Shown one piece after another: positions 50,159 through 59,171 of a stretch of 64,000 nucleotides of DNA. Within the stretch, counting starts at the first letter, position 1; every line of letters begins with the position of its first letter. The DNA is taken from positions 1 through 64,000 of IMG/VR virus record IMGVR_UViG_3300042465_004012. One strand, 5' to 3'. The notes beneath the pieces were generated by a model. The model was not told the DNA's origin, searched no databases, and saw only the letters and a program-made list of their open reading frames with translations. This DNA comes from a virus. A program made the translations under genes and the position numbers.

Positions 50159-50768
50159 GATAGAAGAACGGGTAAACAAAAAGAATACCAAACTTTGGTT
50201 CATGATGAATGAAAATTCTCGTGCACCATTACACAGACAACAATTCGTTGCTGAAAATGGTGGACTATTCTACCAAAATGACAGAGGCGATTGGATGTGG
50301 AAAAATGATTTTATAGTCAAGAATGGTTACTGGCTACGTAAACGTGAAACTGGTAAAGAAGTCTTTTTTGAAAATATGAGTGAATTTTGCCGATTGCATG
50401 ACTTGTCTATAGTGAAGATATGTGAGGTCATGAATGGCAAACGTAAGAGTTATAAGGACTGGGAAGCAGTAGAAGTTCGTCCTGTAAAAGACGGTCCTGG
50501 GGGCAAAAAGAACGTCGGAGAAAATCCAGAAAACCGCCCTAAATTCGAAACAGTTACACAAACGGCGATCTTTAAAAACTGGAAAACCAATGAAATTGTA
50601 TTGGTAACTAACATTCCCCAGTTTGCTGCTAAAATCAATGGTCAAGAGAAAGAACTCTACCAAGTAGCCAGAGGACAGAAAAAATTCTATAAAGAATGGA
50701 CATTGGCTACCTCAACTACTCCACCTACATGTATGCTTCCCAAAAAAGCTCCCAAGAAGGAATCCTAA
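50136..50768 (+). CDS. Protein with two NUMOD1-like DNA-binding repeats
   Basis: F.N..EF....L.....V..G.RK.YK.W pattern present twice. Confidence 0.55.
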   Translation: MYRTRIVEIEERVNKKNTKLWFMMNENSRAPLHRQQFVAENGGLFYQNDRGDWMWKNDFIVKNGYWLRKRETGKEVFFENMSEFCRLHDLSIVKICEVMNGKRKSYKDWEAVEVRPVKDGPGGKKNVGENPENRPKFETVTQTAIFKNWKTNEIVLVTNIPQFAAKINGQEKELYQVARGQKKFYKEWTLATSTTPPTCMLPKKAPKKES

Positions 50769-50780
50769 ATATTATGACAA

Positions 50781-53150
50781 ATGGATTTCAAACATAAATT
50801 ATTAAAATACATCGCTGAAGCCACTGGACCTGCTACTCCTAAAACAGGACAGAGCATTCGCAAAGAAACTAAAATGAGTGGCTCTGGAACTAGTAGAGCC
50901 CGTGATGCTGCACGTAAAAGAGCTGAACGGCAGAATGCACCAAAAAAGGAACAACTTCCTTCTGCTGAATTAATTAAGCAGATTGTTGCTGTAAAAACCA
51001 CTGATGGTAAAACAGAACTAATTTATAAAGATTCATTTAATAATAGTTACCATGAAGTTCTGAATCCAGAAAAAGATTTATCAATAGAAGATGCCAAGGG
51101 ACTTACTAAAGATCCGGCATTCACCCAAACACAAGCCTCACAACAATTATTTGGTGACCTTACTAAAAAGGCAGAATCCAAAGAAAGAAAACGTGCAGCA
51201 GCCGAAACTGGTGGTAAATCTGAAGGCGAAGAGGATGCTGAAGATTTAGGTCCAGAAGTAGAGAAGAAAAAATTCATTAAACCCAAGAAAATGGGTATGC
51301 AAGACTTGTTAGCAAGTATGGCTACCATGGATGGTACTCAACTTGGCTCAATTCCATTTGATTTGCGACAAGAATATTTTATGCAGAATCGTGATCCGAT
51401 GGCAGCAAAGGATTTTGATGCATTAACCTATGAGACTGTTGCAACAAAATTTGGTATCAGTGAAGTTGATATTCCATATAATGAGCAAGTTAAAAATGCT
51501 CTTATTATGGTTGCTCGCTTGAAAGCTGGAGCATCAGATTCCGAATTAACCTTTGTAACGAATCTTAAGGGTGGATCGTTCACTCAATTTGGTAGAGAAG
51601 CATTTGAACAAGCAAAGAAAATTCTTTCTCAGGTTGGTGATGAATGCATTCAAATGATGGTATCTGCGTCAGAAGCTGGTCTTGCTGGTATTTCTGCTGA
51701 AGGTAAAACAGATTTCAAATGCGGTAATGTTAAATTTGCGGTGAATTCACAGGGTGAAATTTCTTTGTCCAGTGGTGATATGACACAACTAGGAAAAGGA
51801 ATAAAGAAAACCATTCAGCGCAGTATCATCCAAACTATGCAAGACCCAAGTCTTGCAGGGAAAGATCCAATTTATAATACTGCCATCAATCAAGTCAATG
51901 ATATTATGGCTAGTACTGGAACAGGATTGATGAGCGATGAGTCATTTGCCCAAGCAATTAAAGATCCATCTGTTCTTGCATTTATGCAGTCAGAGCCAGT
52001 TATCAGCCCTACTGGTGAAAATCTTGGACCGATGGCTTTCCCAACCGGAGAAATCAATCCTGCTATTTCCTTCAAGCAATTTGAAGATAATATGACACGA
52101 ACTGTTGACAAATTCATCGCACAAGAAAAGAGCAAGAAAGCACCTTTCATGCAATCTTTGATTCGCAATACAGTTGCTAATCATTTCCGTGGTGATGGTG
52201 CAGTTGATCCAGAATCAGCTCCTTCACATTTGGTTACGAATAATGGAATCTTTCCTATGAGTGATGATTACTTTGCAAAGATTGCTGCAAATAGTGATAT
52301 TACCATAGAGAAAACTAATAAATCATATTTTAATAAATCAAGTGAAATCAATAAGTATAGTGTTGTAGTTGAACAGGCTGAAATATTAGATCCTTATCAA
52401 CAGATTCGGGACATGATTTCTGGTATGTTAGTTCCTACTGGAAATTCACCGATTGAAGTATTATCTAATACTTTAAACAAGAATTATAACTTTGATATGA
52501 ACGTAAGTTTGTTACCTGGTATCAAACCAAATGAAATTCATGGCGTAGAATACAATCTTTTAAGTGTTCACGGTAAACGATACAAAATTCCTGTACTAAG
52601 AGATCAGGAACTGGTTGCAGCTAGCTTCGAAGAAAGCTATGTTGCAGCTAATAGCATTTTGCTTGAGAGTTTAACAAATGATGATGTTATTCGTGCTTTA
52701 TATGAAACTAACCTAATCACTTATGATGACGCAGAATGTATTGTATATTCTCGTTATAATGATATGACAGTAGCGCAACCTGTTTTAATTCCTATTTTAC
52801 AAAGACTTGCTGAAAGTATTCATAGAGATCCGTCTCTTATTCAAATTTGTAAAACCAATTTGATTGAAGCAAAAGAACGTGATAGAGATTATAAGCGCGA
52901 ATATAAACTGTTTCACAGTAAACCATCACAGATTAAAAACCGAACTGCCCGGACAACTGCTCGCAGAAGAGCAATCAAAAAAGGTAAAGTTCGTATCGGT
53001 GATAACAAAGATATAGATCACAAGAAGCCATTGCGTAATGGTGGAAGCAATAAAGAGAGCAATCTACGTGTTAGAGATCGAAGCGCAAATCGATCCGATA
53101 ATGGTAAATATAAAGGACAGGCTCCAGATAAGCCACGCACAGACAAATGA
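50781..53150 (+). CDS. 789-aa protein with C-terminal HNH domain, putative internal head protein
   Basis: MDFKHKLLKYIAE leader; RDYKREY...DIDHKKPLRNGGSN..SNL...ANR at the C-terminus. Confidence 0.65.
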   Translation: MDFKHKLLKYIAEATGPATPKTGQSIRKETKMSGSGTSRARDAARKRAERQNAPKKEQLPSAELIKQIVAVKTTDGKTELIYKDSFNNSYHEVLNPEKDLSIEDAKGLTKDPAFTQTQASQQLFGDLTKKAESKERKRAAAETGGKSEGEEDAEDLGPEVEKKKFIKPKKMGMQDLLASMATMDGTQLGSIPFDLRQEYFMQNRDPMAAKDFDALTYETVATKFGISEVDIPYNEQVKNALIMVARLKAGASDSELTFVTNLKGGSFTQFGREAFEQAKKILSQVGDECIQMMVSASEAGLAGISAEGKTDFKCGNVKFAVNSQGEISLSSGDMTQLGKGIKKTIQRSIIQTMQDPSLAGKDPIYNTAINQVNDIMASTGTGLMSDESFAQAIKDPSVLAFMQSEPVISPTGENLGPMAFPTGEINPAISFKQFEDNMTRTVDKFIAQEKSKKAPFMQSLIRNTVANHFRGDGAVDPESAPSHLVTNNGIFPMSDDYFAKIAANSDITIEKTNKSYFNKSSEINKYSVVVEQAEILDPYQQIRDMISGMLVPTGNSPIEVLSNTLNKNYNFDMNVSLLPGIKPNEIHGVEYNLLSVHGKRYKIPVLRDQELVAASFEESYVAANSILLESLTNDDVIRALYETNLITYDDAECIVYSRYNDMTVAQPVLIPILQRLAESIHRDPSLIQICKTNLIEAKERDRDYKREYKLFHSKPSQIKNRTARTTARRRAIKKGKVRIGDNKDIDHKKPLRNGGSNKESNLRVRDRSANRSDNGKYKGQAPDKPRTDK

Positions 53151-54178
53151 ATTTTAAACGTGCTTTAAAAGAATTAATTTTAGAGAAAGTCTTTAGTTCT
53201 GTTGATACAAACAAACTCAAAGACCGTTATGACGTAAATGGTAAAAAACTTGGAAAATGTGGCGAAGGAAAACCAGGATCAACATTTAATGTTTGTATCG
53301 ACAAACAAAAAGCAGAATCACTTGGTAAAAAAGGTATTGCTAAATTTGTAAAAAGAAAACAATTAGCAACCAAGAAACCAAAGACTGAAAAGAAATCCAA
53401 AGTAGAAGAATCATTTGCACCAGATGTCTTTGTTGTAGAAAATTTTGGTGGAACTAAAATTGGGTATCCAACTGTAACTCCAGCAGATGCAGAAGCATAT
53501 GATATTTTTATTACCAAAAATGGACAGCTCTTTGAAGTAAATGACATCAATGATAATGATGGTATCCTTACAATGGATATCAGATATCACAATGGAATCA
53601 ATGAAGGTTATGATGACCGCATTGAAATTAAAATTAATGAAGAATTTGGTTTAGTTGGCGAAGGTAGATCCAATTTTATTAATGAGTATGGTGAGCTAGA
53701 AGAAGCTTCCCAGATGGCTGGTAAAAAAGTTAAACTGAATAAAATTATGCGTGGTGATGTAAAGAAATATAAAGTTTATACTAAGAACGATAAAGGTAAT
53801 GTGGTTAAGGTAAATTTTGGTGACCCAAATATGGAAATTAAACGAGATGATCCTGCACGAAGAAAGAATTTTCGTGCTAGACACAATTGTGATTCTCCAG
53901 GACCAAAATGGAAAGCTAACTATTGGGCATGTAAAACTTGGAGTAACACACCAGTATCAACTATGTTAAAAGAAGATACTGATGTAACACTTACCAAAGA
54001 GTATAAAAATAAAAAAGGTAAATGGAATAAAGTAGCTGAAAACTTTATGAATAGCATATCTACCAATAATTTACTAACTGAGTCGGTAGCCATTAAACAG
54101 ATAGAAAATACACTAGATGTTAACAAAATTGGGGTAAATCAGTCAATCGCTTATCTGAAGCAGTTTTTCTGCAAATAA
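53147..54178 (+). CDS. Modular T4-like protein with a KVNFGD...RRxxFRARHxC...YWxC domain
   Basis: Recognisable basic phage domain flanked by LEE and LKE sites. Confidence 0.65.
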   Translation: MNFKRALKELILEKVFSSVDTNKLKDRYDVNGKKLGKCGEGKPGSTFNVCIDKQKAESLGKKGIAKFVKRKQLATKKPKTEKKSKVEESFAPDVFVVENFGGTKIGYPTVTPADAEAYDIFITKNGQLFEVNDINDNDGILTMDIRYHNGINEGYDDRIEIKINEEFGLVGEGRSNFINEYGELEEASQMAGKKVKLNKIMRGDVKKYKVYTKNDKGNVVKVNFGDPNMEIKRDDPARRKNFRARHNCDSPGPKWKANYWACKTWSNTPVSTMLKEDTDVTLTKEYKNKKGKWNKVAENFMNSISTNNLLTESVAIKQIENTLDVNKIGVNQSIAYLKQFFCK

Positions 54179-54194
54179 ATAGAATAGGAATCAA

Positions 54195-54719
54195 ATGAAA
54201 TTTAAAGACCTTCGCAAAAAAATACAAAAACTCGTAGAATACTCAGGTGAAAGCTCAGAAGGCGGAAGCATACAGGGAGGCGATCCACGTGGTGGACGTG
54301 TCTCTGCATTGTCTGACTTCGGTACTCACCGTATTGAGCACGAAGCGATGCTTGACCGCATTAATGCATTCTTACACGCATATAGCGGTAAAGAGTTCCT
54401 GGACCCAGATGGTGCCATTAATATCATCAAAACCAAACTTAACATTATTGGCTTTGATTTTAAACCAATGAAACTCGCCCCTGGAATGAACATTGTAAAG
54501 TTATACCAATATGGTGCTCCTGGTATGGGTGTCTTTGGTGTATCAAAAGATTTAAAGTGGGATGGAACAAAAGATAGTTTCAGTGCCACATCCGGTATCG
54601 ATCCAGATTTTGACTACAACCTAGTAATCAACGTCACTAAAACCCCAAGCTATCTTATCAAATTTGATATGAAAGTTGTACGTGGAGGCGAAGAAGTTGA
54701 CTGCGGTTGCGAAAATTAA
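54195..54719 (+). CDS. Hypothetical late protein with xxE leader
   Basis: MKFKDLRKKIQKLVE; AATAAATA and SD upstream. Confidence 0.55.
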   Translation: MKFKDLRKKIQKLVEYSGESSEGGSIQGGDPRGGRVSALSDFGTHRIEHEAMLDRINAFLHAYSGKEFLDPDGAINIIKTKLNIIGFDFKPMKLAPGMNIVKLYQYGAPGMGVFGVSKDLKWDGTKDSFSATSGIDPDFDYNLVINVTKTPSYLIKFDMKVVRGGEEVDCGCEN

Positions 54720-55128
54720 AGTAAAAATCAAAGTGATCAATGACGAAGACGATGATGCTTTCTTAATTTTTGCCAAGAAACATTATTTTAATCCACATTG
54801 TACCTCAAACAGTGAATTCTTTGAAGACCTCAAAAGAATAAAATATGTAAAGCGATTGTTATTTCGCTTTCATAAAGCACGAAGTTTGAAGTCCATTAAG
54901 GAACGTCTTATCATTAATCACTTGATTGTTTTGAGAAATGTATTTGGTGATCAACCAGCTGCTGAGATGTTATTTCTGAAGCATGAAGTTAAATTTCATA
55001 GTTACCTAAAAAGTTTTTTAGTTTTCTTGAATTTTAAACTAACACCTATTGTAAATGTAGATTACCCACAGTTATCATGTGATCCAAGAATTGATAGAAA
55101 ATTATCACTAATCACGGAAAAACAATGA
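54676..55128 (+). CDS. Conserved T4-like hypothetical protein (start uncertain)
   Basis: FA.KHY.NP.C...EF.EDLKRIKYVKRL...ERLIINH.IVL.NVFG, a pattern I recognise from aquatic T4-like phages. Confidence 0.7.
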   Translation: MYVEAKKLTAVAKIKVKIKVINDEDDDAFLIFAKKHYFNPHCTSNSEFFEDLKRIKYVKRLLFRFHKARSLKSIKERLIINHLIVLRNVFGDQPAAEMLFLKHEVKFHSYLKSFLVFLNFKLTPIVNVDYPQLSCDPRIDRKLSLITEKQ

Positions 55129-55934
55129 ATCCATTAAATCTTATAATCCAACCATCAACAGTATACCATTTTGCTGAATTATTGAATAAACCATTTAATC
55201 AATACTCTGCATATACTTCGGGTCTTATTGATAACAATGGTCAGATTACTAAGAAGAATGGTAGCATGGATGGTCTAGAATACATTGCTATTCGTATGAA
55301 GTCTTTTTTGAAAGATCTCATGCCTGGTTCTACTAAATTCTTTTTACAGAGTTTATCAGGAACATTGAAGTTGTTTAACGAAGAGTTAAACCAAATGGGT
55401 ATTGATAGAGATTCTGCTAATATGGTTGTAGAATGCTATCTTTTGGGCATCACAGAAGGTAAAGTCAGTTACCTTGATTACTTATTAGAAGAAGCTCAAG
55501 TCAGATATATCACGGAAGAGATGAGTGCAGGTGCTGCAGGTGGCATGGGAACTCCTGCTCATACTGATCTACAGGGTGGTCTTGGTGGAATTGATCGTCC
55601 AATGGGATTGATGTTTAAACGCAAGCTTAAAAGAAAACAACGTAAAAGATCTTCTGAGATTGTTGAAGCGAACATGGAAGCACCACAACAAAAGGCCAAC
55701 CCTTATCTTCCGATTCAGGTTGACCCTTTGTATTATGATGAACTAACTAGATCTCTTGCACCAGGTGGTGAACTTGATTTTGATCAAATTACTACACCAG
55801 AATTACAAAAATATTTAAAACGTCTTGGTGAGAGATCAAAGAGCAAAACTGTATATGTGGTTGGTAATAATACACAACCACCTATGCAACTGAATCTCAA
55901 TCGCTCAAGAAAGCCTTCGAAGAAATCCTCGTAG
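55125..55934 (+). CDS. Conserved T4-like hypothetical protein
   Basis: KPF....AY..GLID..G and EEMSAG; basic tail. Confidence 0.55.
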   Translation: MNPLNLIIQPSTVYHFAELLNKPFNQYSAYTSGLIDNNGQITKKNGSMDGLEYIAIRMKSFLKDLMPGSTKFFLQSLSGTLKLFNEELNQMGIDRDSANMVVECYLLGITEGKVSYLDYLLEEAQVRYITEEMSAGAAGGMGTPAHTDLQGGLGGIDRPMGLMFKRKLKRKQRKRSSEIVEANMEAPQQKANPYLPIQVDPLYYDELTRSLAPGGELDFDQITTPELQKYLKRLGERSKSKTVYVVGNNTQPPMQLNLNRSRKPSKKSS

Positions 55935-56145
55935 ACTCTTGATAGAGTGGATGACCAGATAGGTACGATTTAGTACTTAAGTTACTCTTCTCTTTCTCTA
56001 TGATATCTTTGTGGCAATCATTATACCCTTGTTGGTATTCTTCCTGAAGACTCTTGAGTTCATTGGGAAGCGTTCTAATACCACGACCAGTCATACGGTC
56101 ATCCCAACCCTCACGATATAACTTTCCTGGAACGTAATCTATCAT
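55897..56145 (-). CDS. Small hypothetical protein
   Basis: YREGWDD...YQQGYND; last gene of a minus-strand operon. Confidence 0.5.
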   Translation of the reverse strand: MIDYVPGKLYREGWDDRMTGRGIRTLPNELKSLQEEYQQGYNDCHKDIIEKEKSNLSTKSYLSGHPLYQESTRISSKAFLSD

Positions 56146-56507
56146 TGTGTATTTCTTTCTCTCATTGAAGCTAAAATCTTATCAATAGTGGTTACATACT
56201 CTGGATAGTTATTCATCTTAAAGAAACCACGCATCTCTAAAAGATGCTCATAATCCTTTTCAAAGATAACTACCATTCCACCTGGAACTGCTCCAGAATC
56301 TTGTAATTTATCTTGAAAATCTTCAACCATCTTATGCCAATCTTGCTTTGATATATTGGACTTGTGTCTCTTCATAAATTCATCAAACTGATCATTTGTA
56401 TTCATATCTACATCCTTTAAGTATTGTTTAATTCTATTAATGTGCTTATATTTTTTATTGTTGTTATGTTCATCCCACGGAGACATATCATGATTGTGCT
56501 TTGACAT
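56142..56507 (-). CDS. Hypothetical protein
   Basis: Overlapping start/stop coupling with its neighbours. Confidence 0.55.
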   Translation of the reverse strand: MSKHNHDMSPWDEHNNNKKYKHINRIKQYLKDVDMNTNDQFDEFMKRHKSNISKQDWHKMVEDFQDKLQDSGAVPGGMVVIFEKDYEHLLEMRGFFKMNNYPEYVTTIDKILASMRERNTQ

Positions 56508-56817
56508 TTTTATCTTTCTGTGTAAGATCGAAGAAATTCTCGTATATTACAGTACCATCAGATGTAGTAGCAGAAAGATATCGAATATGTTGATTAAGAG
56601 CTTCTTTCAATGTTAATGGGTGATTTACACCAAAAGAAAAGTTCTTGATCCATGCTGGGCAACCACCCAATGTTATACGAACTTCGGTACCATCAAGTGA
56701 GTTACCATAAAAATCAAAACTAGAATTATCACCATCATAGTAGGTAAAGAAACATTCAATGTTTTGATACTTGGCTTTTAATGAATCCAAATCAATGGAT
56801 TTAAACGATTTCTTCAT
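56488..56817 (-). CDS. Hypothetical protein
   Basis: ATGA coupling to the upstream ORF. Confidence 0.55.
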   Translation of the reverse strand: MKKSFKSIDLDSLKAKYQNIECFFTYYDGDNSSFDFYGNSLDGTEVRITLGGCPAWIKNFSFGVNHPLTLKEALNQHIRYLSATTSDGTVIYENFFDLTQKDKNVKAQS

Positions 56818-56978
56818 AGTCTGGCTTTCTGTACGACAACTGGAAGTTTACCTTCACCGAGAAGAACCTTCAATGTTGACTTTTTAGCATCCATCATACT
56901 TACTATACGATTGCGACGTAAACGTTCTTTACGATTTTTGTGCTTTTTACTAGTAAGCCTTTGTTTCGAATTAGGCAT
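56814..56978 (-). CDS. 54-aa basic protein (not in ORF track)
   Basis: MPNSKQRLTSKKHKNRKERLRRNR...KARL*; SD AAAGGA; ATGA overlap with the next gene. Confidence 0.65.
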   Translation of the reverse strand: MPNSKQRLTSKKHKNRKERLRRNRIVSMMDAKKSTLKVLLGEGKLPVVVQKARL

Positions 56979-57025
56979 ATAAATCCTTTATATAAAAACT
57001 TTTTAAAAACTAACAACTCTGTCTA

Positions 57026-57367
57026 TTATTTATCTTGTGCAGCAAGCTTACATTCCAAATCAACAAGACGATCTAATAGTTCAGATAATGTATCGCTATC
57101 AAAAGATTGTAATTTTTCTTCAAGTGATACAATTTTATTTTCAAGACTTTGAATTTTAGTAGTAAATTCTTTGCATTTATCGTGAAAATATTGTACAGCA
57201 TGTGTATTATAGGGATCTTTACTTATACTTTTTGTATAATAATTTTCATGCTTGTATTGATCAGAAGTTTTTGGCATATATGAATTTGTCATTATCTTTT
57301 TTACTATTTCTTTGGCATCAGTCTCTTCGATCACCAAATCATCTATTGTAAGTTCAGTCTCGTTCAT
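57026..57367 (-). CDS. Coiled-coil hypothetical early protein
   Basis: Directly behind a consensus promoter; heptad-repeat C-terminus. Confidence 0.65.
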   Translation of the reverse strand: MNETELTIDDLVIEETDAKEIVKKIMTNSYMPKTSDQYKHENYYTKSISKDPYNTHAVQYFHDKCKEFTTKIQSLENKIVSLEEKLQSFDSDTLSELLDRLVDLECKLAAQDK

Positions 57368-57374
57368 ATGTTAT

Positions 57375-57402
57375 ATTATACACGATATACCACAGGTGTC
57401 AA
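57375..57402 (-). promoter_or_regulatory. Early promoter, leaderless
   Basis: TTGACA-N16-TATAAT-N7-ATG. Confidence 0.8.
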
Positions 57403-57406
57403 TAAC

Positions 57407-57430
57407 AAAGCCCTGCTTTCACAGGGCTTT
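57407..57430 (-). terminator. Hairpin terminator downstream of tRNA-Tyr
   Basis: AAAGCCCTG-6 nt-CAGGGCTTT, followed by T-rich sequence on the minus strand. Confidence 0.7.
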
Positions 57431-57434
57431 GGAA

Positions 57435-57517
57435 TGCAAGAGGAGGGATTCGAACCTTCGTAGAAATGAATCAGCAGATTTACAGTCTGCCCTCGTTGTC
57501 CGCTTGAGTACTCTTGC
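57435..57517 (-). tRNA. trnY: tRNA-Tyr(GTA)
   Basis: Acceptor GCAAGAG/CTCTTGC, anticodon arm GCAGA-CTGTAAA-TCTGC, extended variable region, TTCGAAT T-loop. Confidence 0.92.
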
Positions 57518-57521
57518 TTAA

Positions 57522-57812
57522 TTATTTAACAGTAATTTTAACTATGGCGTAATTCTTTTTATCTGATTCAACAAACATCAAAGAATCAATAATTCTATTG
57601 TCGGGAATAGATGCTTCTCTTGCTGACATACCAACTTCAATATATGGTCCACCTTCAAAGTCAACCATAGTATTATCTGTAGTTCCTCGTGTAAACAAAG
57701 TTTCACCTTCGAGAAGATAAGTGTAGCTATTCACCTGTCGAATTATTCTTTCGACGTGATAACGGCTTATGCTTCTTGCTATTACTGGATTTTCTTTTTG
57801 TGGCTTTAACAT
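57522..57812 (-). CDS. Hypothetical protein, paralog of 36318-36620 (start uncertain)
   Basis: SRY...LEGETLFTR...DFEGGP. Confidence 0.6.
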   Translation of the reverse strand: MLKPQKENPVIARSISRYHVERIIRQVNSYTYLLEGETLFTRGTTDNTMVDFEGGPYIEVGMSAREASIPDNRIIDSLMFVESDKKNYAIVKITVK

Positions 57813-57906
57813 CTTTTTTAAAAATTTCATCCCAATTTTTACACCAGGATGCATAATTCACATGTCGATATGAATCGCCTTTACCTGCACCATGGGTTCC
57901 TTCCAT
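57727..57906 (-). CDS. 59-aa basic protein (GKG...NWDxIF type; not in ORF track)
   Basis: MEGTHGAGKGDSYRHVNYASWCKNWDEIF...; ATG 7 nt after a consensus promoter. Confidence 0.65.
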   Translation of the reverse strand: MEGTHGAGKGDSYRHVNYASWCKNWDEIFKKDVKATKRKSSNSKKHKPLSRRKNNSTGE

Positions 57907-57913
57907 GGTGTAT

Positions 57914-57941
57914 ATTATACCATATCAATAGAAAAAATCAA
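57914..57941 (-). promoter_or_regulatory. Early promoter, leaderless
   Basis: TTGATT-N16-TATAAT (TGG extension)-N7-ATG. Confidence 0.7.
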
Positions 57942-58174
57942 TTCATTTCCCATACACTTGGTGAATTTGTCCCAGTCCAACTTTTGACATATAATGGAAT
58001 AAATTGAGATGTATTAGCTAGTAGGGTATATGTTACTGTTACCGCTGCTCCGGTAGCATCAATACAACTTAAAGTTAATACTGGTGCAGTTCCGCCAGCC
58101 GTCACTAAAATTCCTTTATTCATAGGACTAATGGCACCTGATGCTAAAACTTTTGCTCTTTTGTAATGAATCAT
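57938..58174 (-). CDS. Small beta-rich late protein, possible capsid decoration or spike base
   Basis: CTAAATA and SD GGAG upstream; GILV..GG...LT...D..G..VT...FIPL.VK. Confidence 0.45.
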   Translation of the reverse strand: MIHYKRAKVLASGAISPMNKGILVTAGGTAPVLTLSCIDATGAAVTVTYTLLANTSQFIPLYVKSWTGTNSPSVWEMN

Positions 58175-58200
58175 ATTTTTCTCCACTAATATTTAGCGAT

Positions 58201-58208
58201 TATAAATA
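58201..58208 (+). promoter_or_regulatory. T4 late promoter, leaderless
   Basis: TATAAATA with ATG 5 nt downstream. Confidence 0.75.
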
Positions 58209-58213
58209 ACTTC

Positions 58214-58546
58214 ATGGATCCATTCATTAAACAATACCAAGATCAAATTAACGAACTCAACGAACAAAATTTAGAGCTTGCAGAAGCTCTTGAAATTTAT
58301 GATCAAATTTTAGAATACATGGACCCCGTGTCTGATGCGATGTTAATCAACGAGGCGAATGACGAGAAACATAAATTTAAAGCCAAATCTAAGAAAAATG
58401 CTAAGATGGAAGAGGCTTTAAAGGATAAGAAAAAGAATCCTGTTGATTCAGACAAACTTGAAAAGGCATCTAAGAAGAGTGGCAAAGTTGGTCGCAGAGC
58501 CAAACTCGCCCAGATGCTGAAGAACTTCTCTAAGAACAAAAAGTAA
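58214..58546 (+). CDS. Late protein with acidic coiled-coil leader and very basic C-terminal half
   Basis: Charge switches at LINE; Lys-rich tail. Confidence 0.6.
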   Translation: MDPFIKQYQDQINELNEQNLELAEALEIYDQILEYMDPVSDAMLINEANDEKHKFKAKSKKNAKMEEALKDKKKNPVDSDKLEKASKKSGKVGRRAKLAQMLKNFSKNKK

Positions 58547-58554
58547 TATAACAA

Positions 58555-58576
58555 CAAGGCCCCTTACGGGGCCTTG
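58555..58576. terminator. Hairpin terminator between convergent genes
   Basis: CAAGGCCCC-TTAC-GGGGCCTTG, a perfect 9-bp stem. Confidence 0.8.
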
Positions 58577-58581
58577 AGTGT

Positions 58582-58788
58582 TTAAGAGACGTTGGCGATT
58601 GCTCGGTTTATAGCCGAAGCAACTTTAGACAACTCTTCTTTAGATCCAGTAATAAAAACAACGTTCTTTCCTTCACCTTCAATAACCAAGTCAAACATGG
58701 TTTTATTGTCATATGAAGGTTTCACCGAAACAATAAAAAGTTCTTCTGTGGTGTGAATTGCGCTGCAAGTAGTAATAGTATTAGCCAT
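58582..58788 (-). CDS. Small hypothetical protein
   Basis: ATG with AGGA upstream; ends at the terminator. Confidence 0.55.
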   Translation of the reverse strand: MANTITTCSAIHTTEELFIVSVKPSYDNKTMFDLVIEGEGKNVVFITGSKEELSKVASAINRAIANVS

Positions 58789-58856
58789 TGGGAATTTTCC
58801 TAGAGTCAAGAAACATAGCAAAGTAAAACCGAACGATAAACGAAAGTTTGTTAAAT

Positions 58857-59105
58857 TTATTTTTTATTGTTTTTATCATTGTGTGTAAGCCATGCTTGTG
58901 ACTCCCAAAATTTTTCAAGAGGGAGTTGTTTGTCATTTGGGCTATTATGCCATATGCACCGCATTACACCACCTACTTCATGTAACACTGAAGCACACCA
59001 ATCATCACAATATCCATATTTCTTGATTTGAACATGTAAATTGTGTTTAGAAACTTCAGTTTTAAAAGTTTCATATATTGGCGGAATTGTCTTTTTTCTT
59101 GCCAT
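58857..59105 (-). CDS. Small hypothetical early protein
   Basis: Directly behind a consensus promoter. Confidence 0.65.
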   Translation of the reverse strand: MARKKTIPPIYETFKTEVSKHNLHVQIKKYGYCDDWCASVLHEVGGVMRCIWHNSPNDKQLPLEKFWESQAWLTHNDKNNKK

Positions 59106-59112
59106 AATGCAT

Positions 59113-59140
59113 ATTATAACAGAATTCTTCTATGTGTCAA
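59113..59140 (-). promoter_or_regulatory. Early promoter, leaderless
   Basis: TTGACA-N16-TATAAT-N7-ATG. Confidence 0.8.
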
Positions 59141-59171
59141 TACACTAAATAATCATAAAGAGGACCACTTC

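Noticed and set aside
57312-57521. Plus-strand 69-aa ORF
   Set aside because: It is antisense to tRNA-Tyr, its terminator and a promoter.
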